In this document: positions 47,533 through 56,393 of the stretch, piece by piece
Numbering within the stretch: position 1 is the stretch's first letter
Layout: the number at the start of each line of letters is the position of its first letter
DNA from: Gemmatimonadales bacterium
GTDB lineage: Bacteria; Gemmatimonadota; Gemmatimonadetes; Gemmatimonadales; GWC2-71-9
DNA length: 64,000 bases
Direction of reading: 5' to 3'
Assembly (NCBI GenBank): GCA_037189525.1
Contig: JBBCJC010000002.1
Location: forward strand, 32,001-96,000
Notes under the pieces: generated by a model
What the model saw: only the letters and a program-made list of their open reading frames with translations
What the model was told of the DNA's origin: nothing
Database searches by the model: none
Translations under genes and position numbers: made by a program

Positions 47533-48876
47533 TCAGTCCCTGACTGCCGCCCGGTTCCAGCCGAACCCGTAGTAGAAAACCAGACCGACCGCGAGCAGGC
47601 CGATACCGATCAGCGTATCGAGGGGTTGCTCGATCGTGGTATTGATGATCAGGAACGCCGCAAATCCGGTAAAGACCAGCGGCGTGAAGGGATATCCCCA
47701 ACTCCGATAGGGCCGCGGCAGATTCGGTTCGCGGCGGCGGAGGACCATCACCCCCACGGCCGACAACCCGTAGAACAGGAACGACGCAAAGACGACGTAG
47801 GTGGCGAGCTGATCGTACGTTCCCGACAGCGCCAGCAGCGACGACCAAACGCCCTGTACCAGGATCGAGGTGGTCGGCACCGCGTATCGCGGACTGACTC
47901 GGCCCGCCCAGGCGAAGAACTGTCCGTCGCGCGCCATGGCAAACGGAATCCGCGCCGCGGTAAAGACGATCCCGTTGTTCGAACCGAGCGTCGACACCAG
48001 CACCGTGAACGTCACGACCACGGCCCCTGCCGTGCCCAGTACGGCGGTCGCCGCATCGGCCGCGACCCGCGGCGACTGGCCCACGCCCTGATGACCGAGC
48101 ACATAGGTAAACGCCACGGCCACGGTCACGTAGAGCAGCGCCACCAGTGCGGTCGACAGGATGATCGAGCGCGGCATGTCACGCGCCGGATTCCGCATCT
48201 CGCTCCCGACGTAGGTGATCTCGATCCATCCGTCATAGGCAAAGAGCGCAGCAACCAGCGCCAGGCCAAACGGCCCGATCAGACTGGTCCAGGACTCCGT
48301 CGGCCAGAAGGGCTGCAGATTTTCTGCCGAGCCACCGGGAAGCAGAAAACAGAGAGCTGCCAGACCGACGATGGCAACGATCTTGAGCACGGTGAGCACG
48401 TTCTGCAGAACGACGCCCAGGCGGAGGCCGAAGCAGTTCATGACCGACAGCCCCATGATCGACACCACGGCCGCCACTTTCACTCCGACCGACCCCATGG
48501 GAATCAGATGCGAGAGGTAGGTCGCGAAGCCGACCGCGATCGCCGCGATGGAACCGGGATTGATGATGACCGAACTGGCCCATCCGTACAGGTAGCCCCA
48601 GACCGGGCCATAGATCCGCTTCAGATAGACGAACTGACCGCCTGCCTTAGGCATGGCGGCTCCCAGCTCACCCAGGCAGAGCGCCCCAAACACCGAAATG
48701 ATCCCGCCCACGATCCAGACCAGCAGACTCGGCGCAACGGATCTGAAGCTGAGGGCCACCACGGCCGGCATCAGGAAGATGGCCGACGCCACCATGGTGC
48801 CGACGTTGATGGTGATGGAATCGAAAAGCGTGAGCTCGGGCTTGAGCCCGTCGTCCGTCTGCGGAGCGGCGGTCAT
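47533..48876 (-). CDS. APC family amino acid/polyamine permease
   Basis: 'ELGAAMPKAGGQFVY', 'FAYDGW', 'EMRNPARD', 'RPYRSWGYP'; about 12 TM. Confidence 0.88.
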   Translation of the reverse strand: MTAAPQTDDGLKPELTLFDSITINVGTMVASAIFLMPAVVALSFRSVAPSLLVWIVGGIISVFGALCLGELGAAMPKAGGQFVYLKRIYGPVWGYLYGWASSVIINPGSIAAIAVGFATYLSHLIPMGSVGVKVAAVVSIMGLSVMNCFGLRLGVVLQNVLTVLKIVAIVGLAALCFLLPGGSAENLQPFWPTESWTSLIGPFGLALVAALFAYDGWIEITYVGSEMRNPARDMPRSIILSTALVALLYVTVAVAFTYVLGHQGVGQSPRVAADAATAVLGTAGAVVVTFTVLVSTLGSNNGIVFTAARIPFAMARDGQFFAWAGRVSPRYAVPTTSILVQGVWSSLLALSGTYDQLATYVVFASFLFYGLSAVGVMVLRRREPNLPRPYRSWGYPFTPLVFTGFAAFLIINTTIEQPLDTLIGIGLLAVGLVFYYGFGWNRAAVRD

Positions 48877-48918
48877 GGCATCCCTGGCAGAAGCTGGAAA
48901 ATGGATGGCGCGGAAACG

Positions 48919-50049
48919 TCAGCCCGCAGGCTCCGCATCGCGCCAGCGACGGTACGACTCCTTGAGCAACTGCTGGAAATGATAGACGCCCGACTCCATC
49001 TCGACCGAGAAGCGCCCCCGGTCGTAGGCGCGTGATCGCAGGCCCATTTGCACCCGCTCGCAGATCTCGCGATCCTCGAGCTGCACCATGTCACTGTAGG
49101 CGACATCAGCGGCGATCTGGGCCTCCCGCCCCGCGGCGTCGGGGTCGTCGTAGTAATACCAGAAACGTACGACGCAGCGATCCGGCCCGTCCGGCAGCAC
49201 CAGGTTGGCCTGCAGCCGGTCGCCGACCAGATTGAGCATGAAGTTGGGGTAGACCCAATAGTAAAACGCCTCCCCGCCCTGATCGCCAGTGTAGACGTTG
49301 TCCTCGATCAGCGGACTGTGCTGCAGCGAATACCAGGGCGCCAGCTCCGTAGTGTACTCGAGGTAGTCGAGCACTTTGTTCAGTTCGGGATGGACGTGGG
49401 GAACGTGATACCCCTCGAGATAGTTGTCGACGTACACCTTCCAGTTGGCGTCGACGTGATAATCGACCTGGTGCACCAGGCGCTTGGTCGCCAGCAGATT
49501 CGGATGGATCCGCTCGGCGATGCCGGCAACGACGGTCGAGAGCGTCGGGGTGTGCTCCGGTTCGAGGCAGACGAAGACGAGGCCTTCCCAGGTCTCGACC
49601 CGAACCGGTACCAGACCGTAGTCGCGCTTGTCGAACAGCTCCGTCCGATCGAACTGGGGCACGCCCCGCAGCGTCCCATCGAGACGATAGGTCCAGCCGT
49701 GGTACTTACAGGTCAGCGCCTTGACGCAGCCGCGTTCGTCCAGAGCAAGCGGACCGCCGCGATGGCGGCAGACGTTGTAGAAGGCCCGGAGCGTCCCGTC
49801 GCGATCCCGCACCACGATGATCGGATCGTCGGCCACCGTAGCGGTGAGATAGTCGCCCGGGTTGGCGAGCGTCCCGACGTGACCGACGAACTGCCAGGTG
49901 CGCGCGAAGATGGCATCCCGGTCGACCGCGTGAAATCCCGGATCGACATACCAGGCGGAGGGAACCGTCTGAGACCGCTCCACCGGCACGATTTCCAGGT
50001 CCGTATCGGACAACAAGGCCCGGACGTCCGACACATGGCGTGGTAACAT
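48919..50049 (-). CDS. Rieske non-heme iron oxygenase alpha subunit (choline monooxygenase-like)
   Basis: Rieske 'CRHRG...CKYHGW'; mononuclear Fe 'NWKVYVDNYLEGYHVPHVH', 'EDREICERVQ'. Confidence 0.88.
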   Translation of the reverse strand: MLPRHVSDVRALLSDTDLEIVPVERSQTVPSAWYVDPGFHAVDRDAIFARTWQFVGHVGTLANPGDYLTATVADDPIIVVRDRDGTLRAFYNVCRHRGGPLALDERGCVKALTCKYHGWTYRLDGTLRGVPQFDRTELFDKRDYGLVPVRVETWEGLVFVCLEPEHTPTLSTVVAGIAERIHPNLLATKRLVHQVDYHVDANWKVYVDNYLEGYHVPHVHPELNKVLDYLEYTTELAPWYSLQHSPLIEDNVYTGDQGGEAFYYWVYPNFMLNLVGDRLQANLVLPDGPDRCVVRFWYYYDDPDAAGREAQIAADVAYSDMVQLEDREICERVQMGLRSRAYDRGRFSVEMESGVYHFQQLLKESYRRWRDAEPAG

Positions 50050-50175
50050 CCTGGAAAGATGCGACCCGTTCCCGAGCAGGGGAAGCGCCCGCCGCAATCA
50101 TAAGGAGACCTGACTGGCGGGCCGACGTGGAGATCGGTTAATTCCCGCGGTCTCTCCAACGCAATCGAGTATTCC

Positions 50176-51252
50176 ATGGGCGTCCCGACTCGCTCTCCGC
50201 TGCGCCGCTGGGTGCGGCGTATCCTCAAGACCGTCGCCATTGTCCTCGTCCTGGCCGTGGTCGCGGGCGCCTTGTACGAGGTGTGGGCGCGGCGGCGCGC
50301 GGCCCAACAGTATCCGGCGCCGGGCGTGCTGGTCGACATCGGAACCCGGCGGATTCATCTCGATTGCCGAGGCCAGGGGGCGCCGGTCGTCGTGTTCGAA
50401 GCGGGCCTCGATACCTACGGATCGCTGAGCTGGCGACCGATCCACGACTCCGTGGCGGCAACGACTCGCGCCTGTGCCTACGATCGCGCCGGCGTCATGT
50501 GGAGCGACCCGTCGCCCGACCCGCGCAACGGCGTCACAGTCGCTCAGGACCTCCATGCGGCACTGGCAGCCGCGAATGAGACCGGACCGTTCGTCCTGGT
50601 CGGCCATTCTCTCGGCGGGCCGTATGCGATGACGTACACCAAGTACTTCCCCGACCAGGTGGCCGGCCTGGTGTTCGTCGACGCATCGCACCCCGATCAA
50701 TTTCACCGCTTTGCCGAAATCACCGGCAAGGCGGTCGAGCCGCCGCTCGGCGCGCTACGCGTCTTGCGCGCCTTGACCCCGACGGGGCTGCCGCGTCTGC
50801 TCTCCGGCCTGACCCGGAACAAGAGCATCCCGGACGACGTCAACCGGGTTCTGGCGGCGTACTTCGCCACCTCGCTCGGTCCGATGATCGACGAGGCGGG
50901 GTCACTCTCGGCGTCACTCGTCGAAGCCGGCACCATTCGCACCCTGGGCAACCGGCCGCTGGTCGTTCTGACGGCGATGCAACCACTCGACAGCGCCGGG
51001 CTGGCATCGATGCAGATGACCGCCGAACAGGGCGTTCGGTTTCGCCAGGTCTGGCAGACCCTCCAGATCGATCAGGCGAGCTGGTCCACCACCAGCCGGC
51101 ACGAGCAGTTCCCCGAGGCCGGGCACTACGTCCAGATCGATCGGCCGGACGCCGTGATCCGCGCCGTTCGCGACGTGGTCCAGTCCATACGAACGGGGGC
51201 ACCACTGGCCCCTCCCTCAGCCGACAGCGGGACCACTGGCCACGCTCACTGA
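50176..51252 (+). CDS. Membrane-anchored alpha/beta hydrolase
   Basis: N-terminal TM, 'CAYDRAG', 'GHSLGG', 'AGHYVQIDRP'. Confidence 0.85.
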   Translation: MGVPTRSPLRRWVRRILKTVAIVLVLAVVAGALYEVWARRRAAQQYPAPGVLVDIGTRRIHLDCRGQGAPVVVFEAGLDTYGSLSWRPIHDSVAATTRACAYDRAGVMWSDPSPDPRNGVTVAQDLHAALAAANETGPFVLVGHSLGGPYAMTYTKYFPDQVAGLVFVDASHPDQFHRFAEITGKAVEPPLGALRVLRALTPTGLPRLLSGLTRNKSIPDDVNRVLAAYFATSLGPMIDEAGSLSASLVEAGTIRTLGNRPLVVLTAMQPLDSAGLASMQMTAEQGVRFRQVWQTLQIDQASWSTTSRHEQFPEAGHYVQIDRPDAVIRAVRDVVQSIRTGAPLAPPSADSGTTGHAH

Positions 51253-51317
51253 TACAGGGCGATAGACCCATCTGAGATACGTGGACTTAAAACACTACAT
51301 ATCAACACAATACGATA

Positions 51318-51337
51318 TTGACCGACCGGACGGTTAA
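51318..51337. promoter_or_regulatory. Imperfect palindrome, candidate repressor operator
   Basis: TTGACCGACCGGACGGTTAA matches its reverse complement at 16/20 positions; sits in an AT-rich intergenic tract. Confidence 0.4.
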
Positions 51338-51671
51338 GAATCGTTTCAAGGCATTCTTTTCGGAAACCAAGTCGACTGGAAGCAAGGAACCAGGAATGTG
51401 GGGTCGAGTAGCCTTCGCAATACGGCACTCTCCATGACAGGAAGCATGGGGTCTGCACCCTCCCTTACCTTGGCCCGAGGGGAGGACCGTAGCCGTCATA
51501 CCACAGCATTCCATACAATGACAGGCGATCGAGGATCGACTATCCTTTTGCACCTCTTTGCCACCGTGGGCGTTCCGATGGCGGTGCCGCGGGTACCGTA
51601 GGGCGTCTCTCGATCGACGGGTTTGCGTCCCCGTTCCTCGAGCGAATCTCGACGCGACGGGTGTCTCCCCC

Positions 51672-52673
51672 ATGACCAATGTGACCCCCCGAGCCAATCC
51701 GGAAGGGCCGGTTTCGGCCTTTGCCCGGCGACACTTTCGTCATTTCAACGCGGCGGTGCTGGTCGATGCCGCCGACGCCTACCGCCAGCACATCGACGCG
51801 GGCGGCAAGATGATGATCACCCTGGCCGGCGCCATGAGCACGGCCGAACTGGGTAAGTCGCTGGCCAATATGATCCGGGCCGGACTCGTGGACGCGATCT
51901 CCTGCACCGGTGCCAACCTGGAAGAGGATCTCTTCAACCTGGTGGCGCACGACTTCTACGAGCGCCTCCCCAACTGGCGCGACCTGACCCCGGCCGACGA
52001 GCAGGGCCTGCTCGATCGGCATCTCAACCGCGTCACCGACACCTGCATTCCCGAAATGGAGGCGATGCGCCGCCTCGAGACGGCCGTACTGGAGGAGTGG
52101 GTCGCGGCGGATCGCGCGGGGGAACGGTACTTCCCGCACGAGTTCATGTACCGGGTGATTCGGAGCGGACGCCTCCAGCAGTACCACCAGATCGATCCCA
52201 AGGATTCGTGGCTGATTGCCGCGGCCGAGCGGAATCTCCCGATGGTGGTGCCCGGTTGGGAGGACTCGACCCTGGGCAACATGTACGCGGGTCACTGCAT
52301 CAGCGGCGACGTGAAGAACGTCCACACGGTGCGGACCGGCATCGAGTACATGACGTCGCTGGCGGAGTGGTACACCAACACGTCGGTCGACTCGTCCATC
52401 GGCTTCTTCCAGATCGGCGGCGGCATCGCGGGCGACTTCCCGATCTGTGTGGTCCCCATGCTCCATCAGGACCTGCAGCGCGACAACGTGCCGGTCTGGG
52501 GCTACTTCTGCCAGATCTCCGAGGCCACGACCAGTTACGGCGGATACTCGGGCGCCCCACCGAACGAGAAGATCACCTGGGGCAAACTTGCGGTCGACAC
52601 CCCCAAGTTCATCGTCGAGAGCGACGCCACCATCGTGGCCCCTCTCATGTTCGCCCTGATTCTCGGCGAATAA
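51672..52673 (+). CDS. Bacterial deoxyhypusine synthase-like protein (NAD-dependent aminobutyl transferase family)
   Basis: 'LAGAMSTAELG', 'CTGANLEED', 'EDSTLGN', 'IGGGIAGDF', 'GGYSGAPPNEKITWGK' (catalytic Lys region). Confidence 0.88.
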   Translation: MTNVTPRANPEGPVSAFARRHFRHFNAAVLVDAADAYRQHIDAGGKMMITLAGAMSTAELGKSLANMIRAGLVDAISCTGANLEEDLFNLVAHDFYERLPNWRDLTPADEQGLLDRHLNRVTDTCIPEMEAMRRLETAVLEEWVAADRAGERYFPHEFMYRVIRSGRLQQYHQIDPKDSWLIAAAERNLPMVVPGWEDSTLGNMYAGHCISGDVKNVHTVRTGIEYMTSLAEWYTNTSVDSSIGFFQIGGGIAGDFPICVVPMLHQDLQRDNVPVWGYFCQISEATTSYGGYSGAPPNEKITWGKLAVDTPKFIVESDATIVAPLMFALILGE

Positions 52674-52681
52674 TGACACGG

Positions 52682-52711
52682 GCGGCAGCCGGACACTCGA
52701 CCGGCTGCCGC
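52682..52711 (+). terminator. Hairpin downstream of the DHS-like gene
   Basis: 11-bp stem GCGGCAGCCGG / CCGGCTGCCGC starting 9 nt after the stop; weak U-tract. Confidence 0.5.
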
Positions 52712-52842
52712 GCCGCATTTCCGTACCCGGGAGATTCCGGCACGGGGAGTGCATTGTGATGTCACGGTGAACGCATTTCCGTCCCGATGGGGCGGGCGCG
52801 CGTTATTATCTGATTTCCTTACTCACGCGCTCGATCGGACCC

Positions 52843-53421
52843 GTGCCCGCACCACCTGACGAGGTTACCCGGCTACTCCGCCGATTTTCGGCCGGCGACG
52901 AGCTGGCCGCCGAGGCGCTGATTCCGCTGATCTATGCGGAACTGCATGACATTGCCGAACGGCAGATGCGGCACGAGCGCGGAGATCATACCCTGCAGCC
53001 CACCGCGCTCGTCAACGAGGCTTTTCTCCGATTGGCCGGCAACCACGACGCCGACTGGAAAAACCGACAGCACTTCCTGAGCCTTGCCGCTCAGGCCATG
53101 CGCCGCATCCTGGTCGACCACGCCCGCCGGCGCAACGCCCAGAAGCGCGGTGGGCGCCAGGACAAGCTCGAGCTCAACGACGCCCTCCAGCTGAGCAGCG
53201 ACGACGAGCACGACACCATGGATCTCGAGTCGCTCGACGAGAGTCTCGAACAGCTGGCCGCGCTGGACCCGCGCCAGGCCAAGGTCGTCGAACTCCGCTT
53301 CTTCGGCGGGCTCTCGGTCGAAGAAACCGCCGAAGTGCTCGAGATCTCCACCGCCACGGTCAAACGCGACTGGGCCTTTGCCCGCGCCTGGCTCAAGCGC
53401 GCACTGAGCCGCGGCTCCTGA
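52843..53421 (+). CDS. ECF sigma factor, TIGR02999 / ECF43-like (kinase-associated)
   Basis: 'LIPLIYAELH', 'HTLQPTALVNEAFLRL', 'AAQAMRRILVDHAR', 'KRGG', region 4 'VELRFFGGLSVEETAEVL...TVKRDW..ARAWL'. Confidence 0.9.
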   Translation: MPAPPDEVTRLLRRFSAGDELAAEALIPLIYAELHDIAERQMRHERGDHTLQPTALVNEAFLRLAGNHDADWKNRQHFLSLAAQAMRRILVDHARRRNAQKRGGRQDKLELNDALQLSSDDEHDTMDLESLDESLEQLAALDPRQAKVVELRFFGGLSVEETAEVLEISTATVKRDWAFARAWLKRALSRGS

Positions 53422-53479
53422 TCCCCAGCCCGGTCGTTCGACGCGTCTCGAAGACCTCAACCGCCGGCCACTCGGTTCC

Positions 53480-55957
53480 ATGGTAAGTAAAGATCGGTTC
53501 CAACAGCTTCGCGATCTTTTCGAGCAGGCGCTCGATCGGCCCGTGGCCGAACGGCGGGATTTCCTCACGGCTGCCGCAGGCGGTGATCTCACACTGGTCC
53601 ACGAGGTCGAGGCGCTGCTGACCGAAGCGGCCGACCCCGATGATTCGTTCCTCGAGCCACCGACGAGCGCCCGGATTGCCCGGGTGTTCGAAGATGCGTC
53701 AGGTACGCTGATCGGCGACCGGATCGGACCCTACCAGCTCACCCGGCTCATCGGGTTCGGCGGCATGGGCGCGGTCTACGAAGCGCACCGAGCCGACGAT
53801 CACTTCCGGAAACGGGTCGCGATCAAACTGGTCCGGCGCGGGCTCGAAACCGAGCTGGCGATGCGCAGGTTCCGACAGGAACGCCAGATCCTCGCCACGC
53901 TGGACCATCGCAACATTGCCGCCCTGCTCGACGGGGGCGTCACCGACGACGGCCGACCCTACTTCGTGATGGAGTACGTCGAAGGCCAGCCGATTACCCG
54001 CTACTGCGACGAACGCCACCTCACTCCGGAAGCCCGCCTCAAGCTGTTCCGCCAGGTGTGCACAGCGGTCGATCATGCCCACCGCAACCTGGTGGTACAT
54101 CGCGACCTCAAGCCGGGCAACATCCTGGTGGCGAGCGACGGCACCGTCAAACTGCTCGACTTCGGGATTGCCAAGATCCTGGGCGATGAAGACGATCCGG
54201 ACCAGGCGCCGATGACCCGCGGCGGCATGCGGGCATTGACGCCGGAATACGCCAGCCCGGAAATGATCGCGGGCCGCCCGCTCTCCGTCGCCACCGACAT
54301 CTACTCTCTAGGTGTAGTGCTGTTCGAACTCCTGACCGGGCAGCGACCGTTCCGATTCGACGACCTGTCGCTGGCTGGGGTCGAACGAGTTATCATGGAA
54401 TCCCCGGCGCCGGCGCCCAGCGCCACGGCCGGAGAAGCACACGCTGCGCATTCAGATCAGCGCAGCGTCGCCGCACTCCGCCGAAGCCTGCGCGGCGAAA
54501 TCGACGCCATCGTACTGACCGCCCTCCGCAAGGAGCCGGAACGCCGCTATCGATCGGTCGACGCCCTCTCGGAAGACATCACGCGATTCCTGGATGGCCT
54601 CCCGGTCGCCGCGGAGCGTGACTGGATCGGTTACCGGGTCCGCAAGTTCGTAACACGGCACCGCGCTCCCGTAGCCATCGCCACGCTGCTGATCCTCTCG
54701 CTGATCGGGGGGATCGTCATCAGTACGATGCAGGCTCGACGGGCCGATCGGGAACGCCGGCGCGCCGAGTTGGTCTCCGGCTACCTGGGCTCGATGCTGG
54801 CCGCCCCCAACCCCGCCGTGCACGGCCGAGATATCACGGTCGCCGAGGTGCTCGATACGGCGGCTGCGCAGGCGCGACGCGAACTATCCGATGAGCCCGA
54901 AGTCGAGGCCCTGGTGCAAGCCACCCTGGGCCACACCTACCACAGTCTCGGCCGCTACGAAGCAAGCGAAGCAGCTTTTCAGGCGGCGCTGGATGCCCGG
55001 AAACGCGCGCGGAGCACCGACGAGCAGATCGCGTCGGCGCTGATGAACGTCGGCGCCGCGGCACTCCGCAATGCCCGGCTGGACCGGGCCGATTCGCTGC
55101 TCCGGCTGGCGCTGACGATCCACAACCGGAACCCTCGTGGCACCGACAGCACCCGCGCGGCAATCCTGGACAATCTGGGCGCCGTTGCCGAGGAAGCGGG
55201 ACAGATCGACTCATCGGAACAGTATCACCGGGACGCCTTGGCAATCCGGCGCCGGATTTTTCCGGGCGATCACGACCTGGTCGCCCGCACCATCAACAAC
55301 ATCGCGGTGGCCGTCGGAATGCAGGGCCGGTTCGCGCCTGCGGAATCACTGCACCGTGAAGCGGCGGAAATGCTGGTCCGGGTTCATGGTGAGTATCACC
55401 CGTCGTCCGCGACCGGTCTCAACACGCTGGCGACCATTCTCGACTTCCAGGGCAAGGACGAGGCCGAGGCCCTGTACCGCAGGGTGATTGCGATCCGCGC
55501 GAAGGTGCTGGGCACCGACCATCCGGACTACGCCTGGACCCTGTCGAACTACTCCGCCTGGCTGCTCAACCATGACCGCCCGGGCGATGCGCTGCCACTG
55601 GCGCGTGAGATCGTCGCGCTGCGTGGCAGGAGCCTGGACGATACCCATCCCGTGCTGGCCAGCGCCTACATCTCGCTGGGACGATCTCTCTCGGGAATGG
55701 GCCAGCTCCGCGAAGCCGAAGAGGCCATCAAGGAGAGCATCGCGCTGCGACGCGCGAGCCTGCCGCCCGATCACTGGACCATCGCATCGAGCCAGGTGGC
55801 CCTCGCCGAAGTGTACCTCGCCGGACGGCGTACCAGGCTGGCGGAACCGCTGCTCAGCGGCGCCGTGACCCGCCTGCGTGAAACGGTCGGCCCCGACCAT
55901 CCCCGCACCCGCACGGCGGAGCAACTGCTCAGCACGATCCGTTCGCCCGGGCAGTGA
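53480..55957 (+). CDS. Hanks-type Ser/Thr protein kinase with TM segment and C-terminal TPR repeats
   Basis: GFGGMG, VAIK, HRDLKPGN, DFG, TPEYASPE, DIYSLG; TM 'AIATLLILSLIGGIVIST'; repeated 'G.DHP' TPR units. Confidence 0.93.
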   Translation: MVSKDRFQQLRDLFEQALDRPVAERRDFLTAAAGGDLTLVHEVEALLTEAADPDDSFLEPPTSARIARVFEDASGTLIGDRIGPYQLTRLIGFGGMGAVYEAHRADDHFRKRVAIKLVRRGLETELAMRRFRQERQILATLDHRNIAALLDGGVTDDGRPYFVMEYVEGQPITRYCDERHLTPEARLKLFRQVCTAVDHAHRNLVVHRDLKPGNILVASDGTVKLLDFGIAKILGDEDDPDQAPMTRGGMRALTPEYASPEMIAGRPLSVATDIYSLGVVLFELLTGQRPFRFDDLSLAGVERVIMESPAPAPSATAGEAHAAHSDQRSVAALRRSLRGEIDAIVLTALRKEPERRYRSVDALSEDITRFLDGLPVAAERDWIGYRVRKFVTRHRAPVAIATLLILSLIGGIVISTMQARRADRERRRAELVSGYLGSMLAAPNPAVHGRDITVAEVLDTAAAQARRELSDEPEVEALVQATLGHTYHSLGRYEASEAAFQAALDARKRARSTDEQIASALMNVGAAALRNARLDRADSLLRLALTIHNRNPRGTDSTRAAILDNLGAVAEEAGQIDSSEQYHRDALAIRRRIFPGDHDLVARTINNIAVAVGMQGRFAPAESLHREAAEMLVRVHGEYHPSSATGLNTLATILDFQGKDEAEALYRRVIAIRAKVLGTDHPDYAWTLSNYSAWLLNHDRPGDALPLAREIVALRGRSLDDTHPVLASAYISLGRSLSGMGQLREAEEAIKESIALRRASLPPDHWTIASSQVALAEVYLAGRRTRLAEPLLSGAVTRLRETVGPDHPRTRTAEQLLSTIRSPGQ

Positions 55958-56038
55958 GCCGCTTCCGACCGATCCTGCGCGTTCCTGGAGTGACGAGGTC
56001 GCCGCATCCGAGCGACCGCCCCTCGCTTCGGAGACGCC

Positions 56039-56368
56039 ATGGAGCGGATCGTACTGCGACATCTGACCGGATCACGAGCCGGTCGCGCGGAGGAGTATTG
56101 CCTCGACGGCGATCGCGACCTCGTCCTGGGTCGCGCGCCAACCGCCGCGGTGCGATTCGATCCGACGCGTGACGATGTCGTAGGCCGCCGTCATGCCCGG
56201 ATTGCGCGACGGCTGGATCGATACGCCCTGATCGACTTGGACAGCAGGAACGGCACCTTTCTCAACCGGCAGCGGGTCCTCGGATCGGTTGCCATGACGC
56301 CGGGCGACACCATCCAGCTCGGCGCCGGGGGACCTTCCCTGCGTTTCGAAATTGCGCCACAAGATTGA
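56039..56368 (+). CDS. Stand-alone FHA-domain protein
   Basis: 'LGR', 'VGRRHARI', 'DLDSRNGTFLN', 'GDTIQLG'; GGAG RBS. Confidence 0.87.
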   Translation: MERIVLRHLTGSRAGRAEEYCLDGDRDLVLGRAPTAAVRFDPTRDDVVGRRHARIARRLDRYALIDLDSRNGTFLNRQRVLGSVAMTPGDTIQLGAGGPSLRFEIAPQD

Positions 56369-56393
56369 TTCCGCCGGCTCCGCAACCCCGGCC

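Noticed and set aside
51246..51697. Short ORFs 51246-51458, 51302-51697 and 51398-51601
   Set aside because: No convincing RBS, motif or typical codon bias; they conflict with each other, so the region is treated as intergenic.
52755..52766. TGTGATGTCACG as a CRP/FNR-type site
   Set aside because: Half-site spacing is 2 nt, not the required 6.
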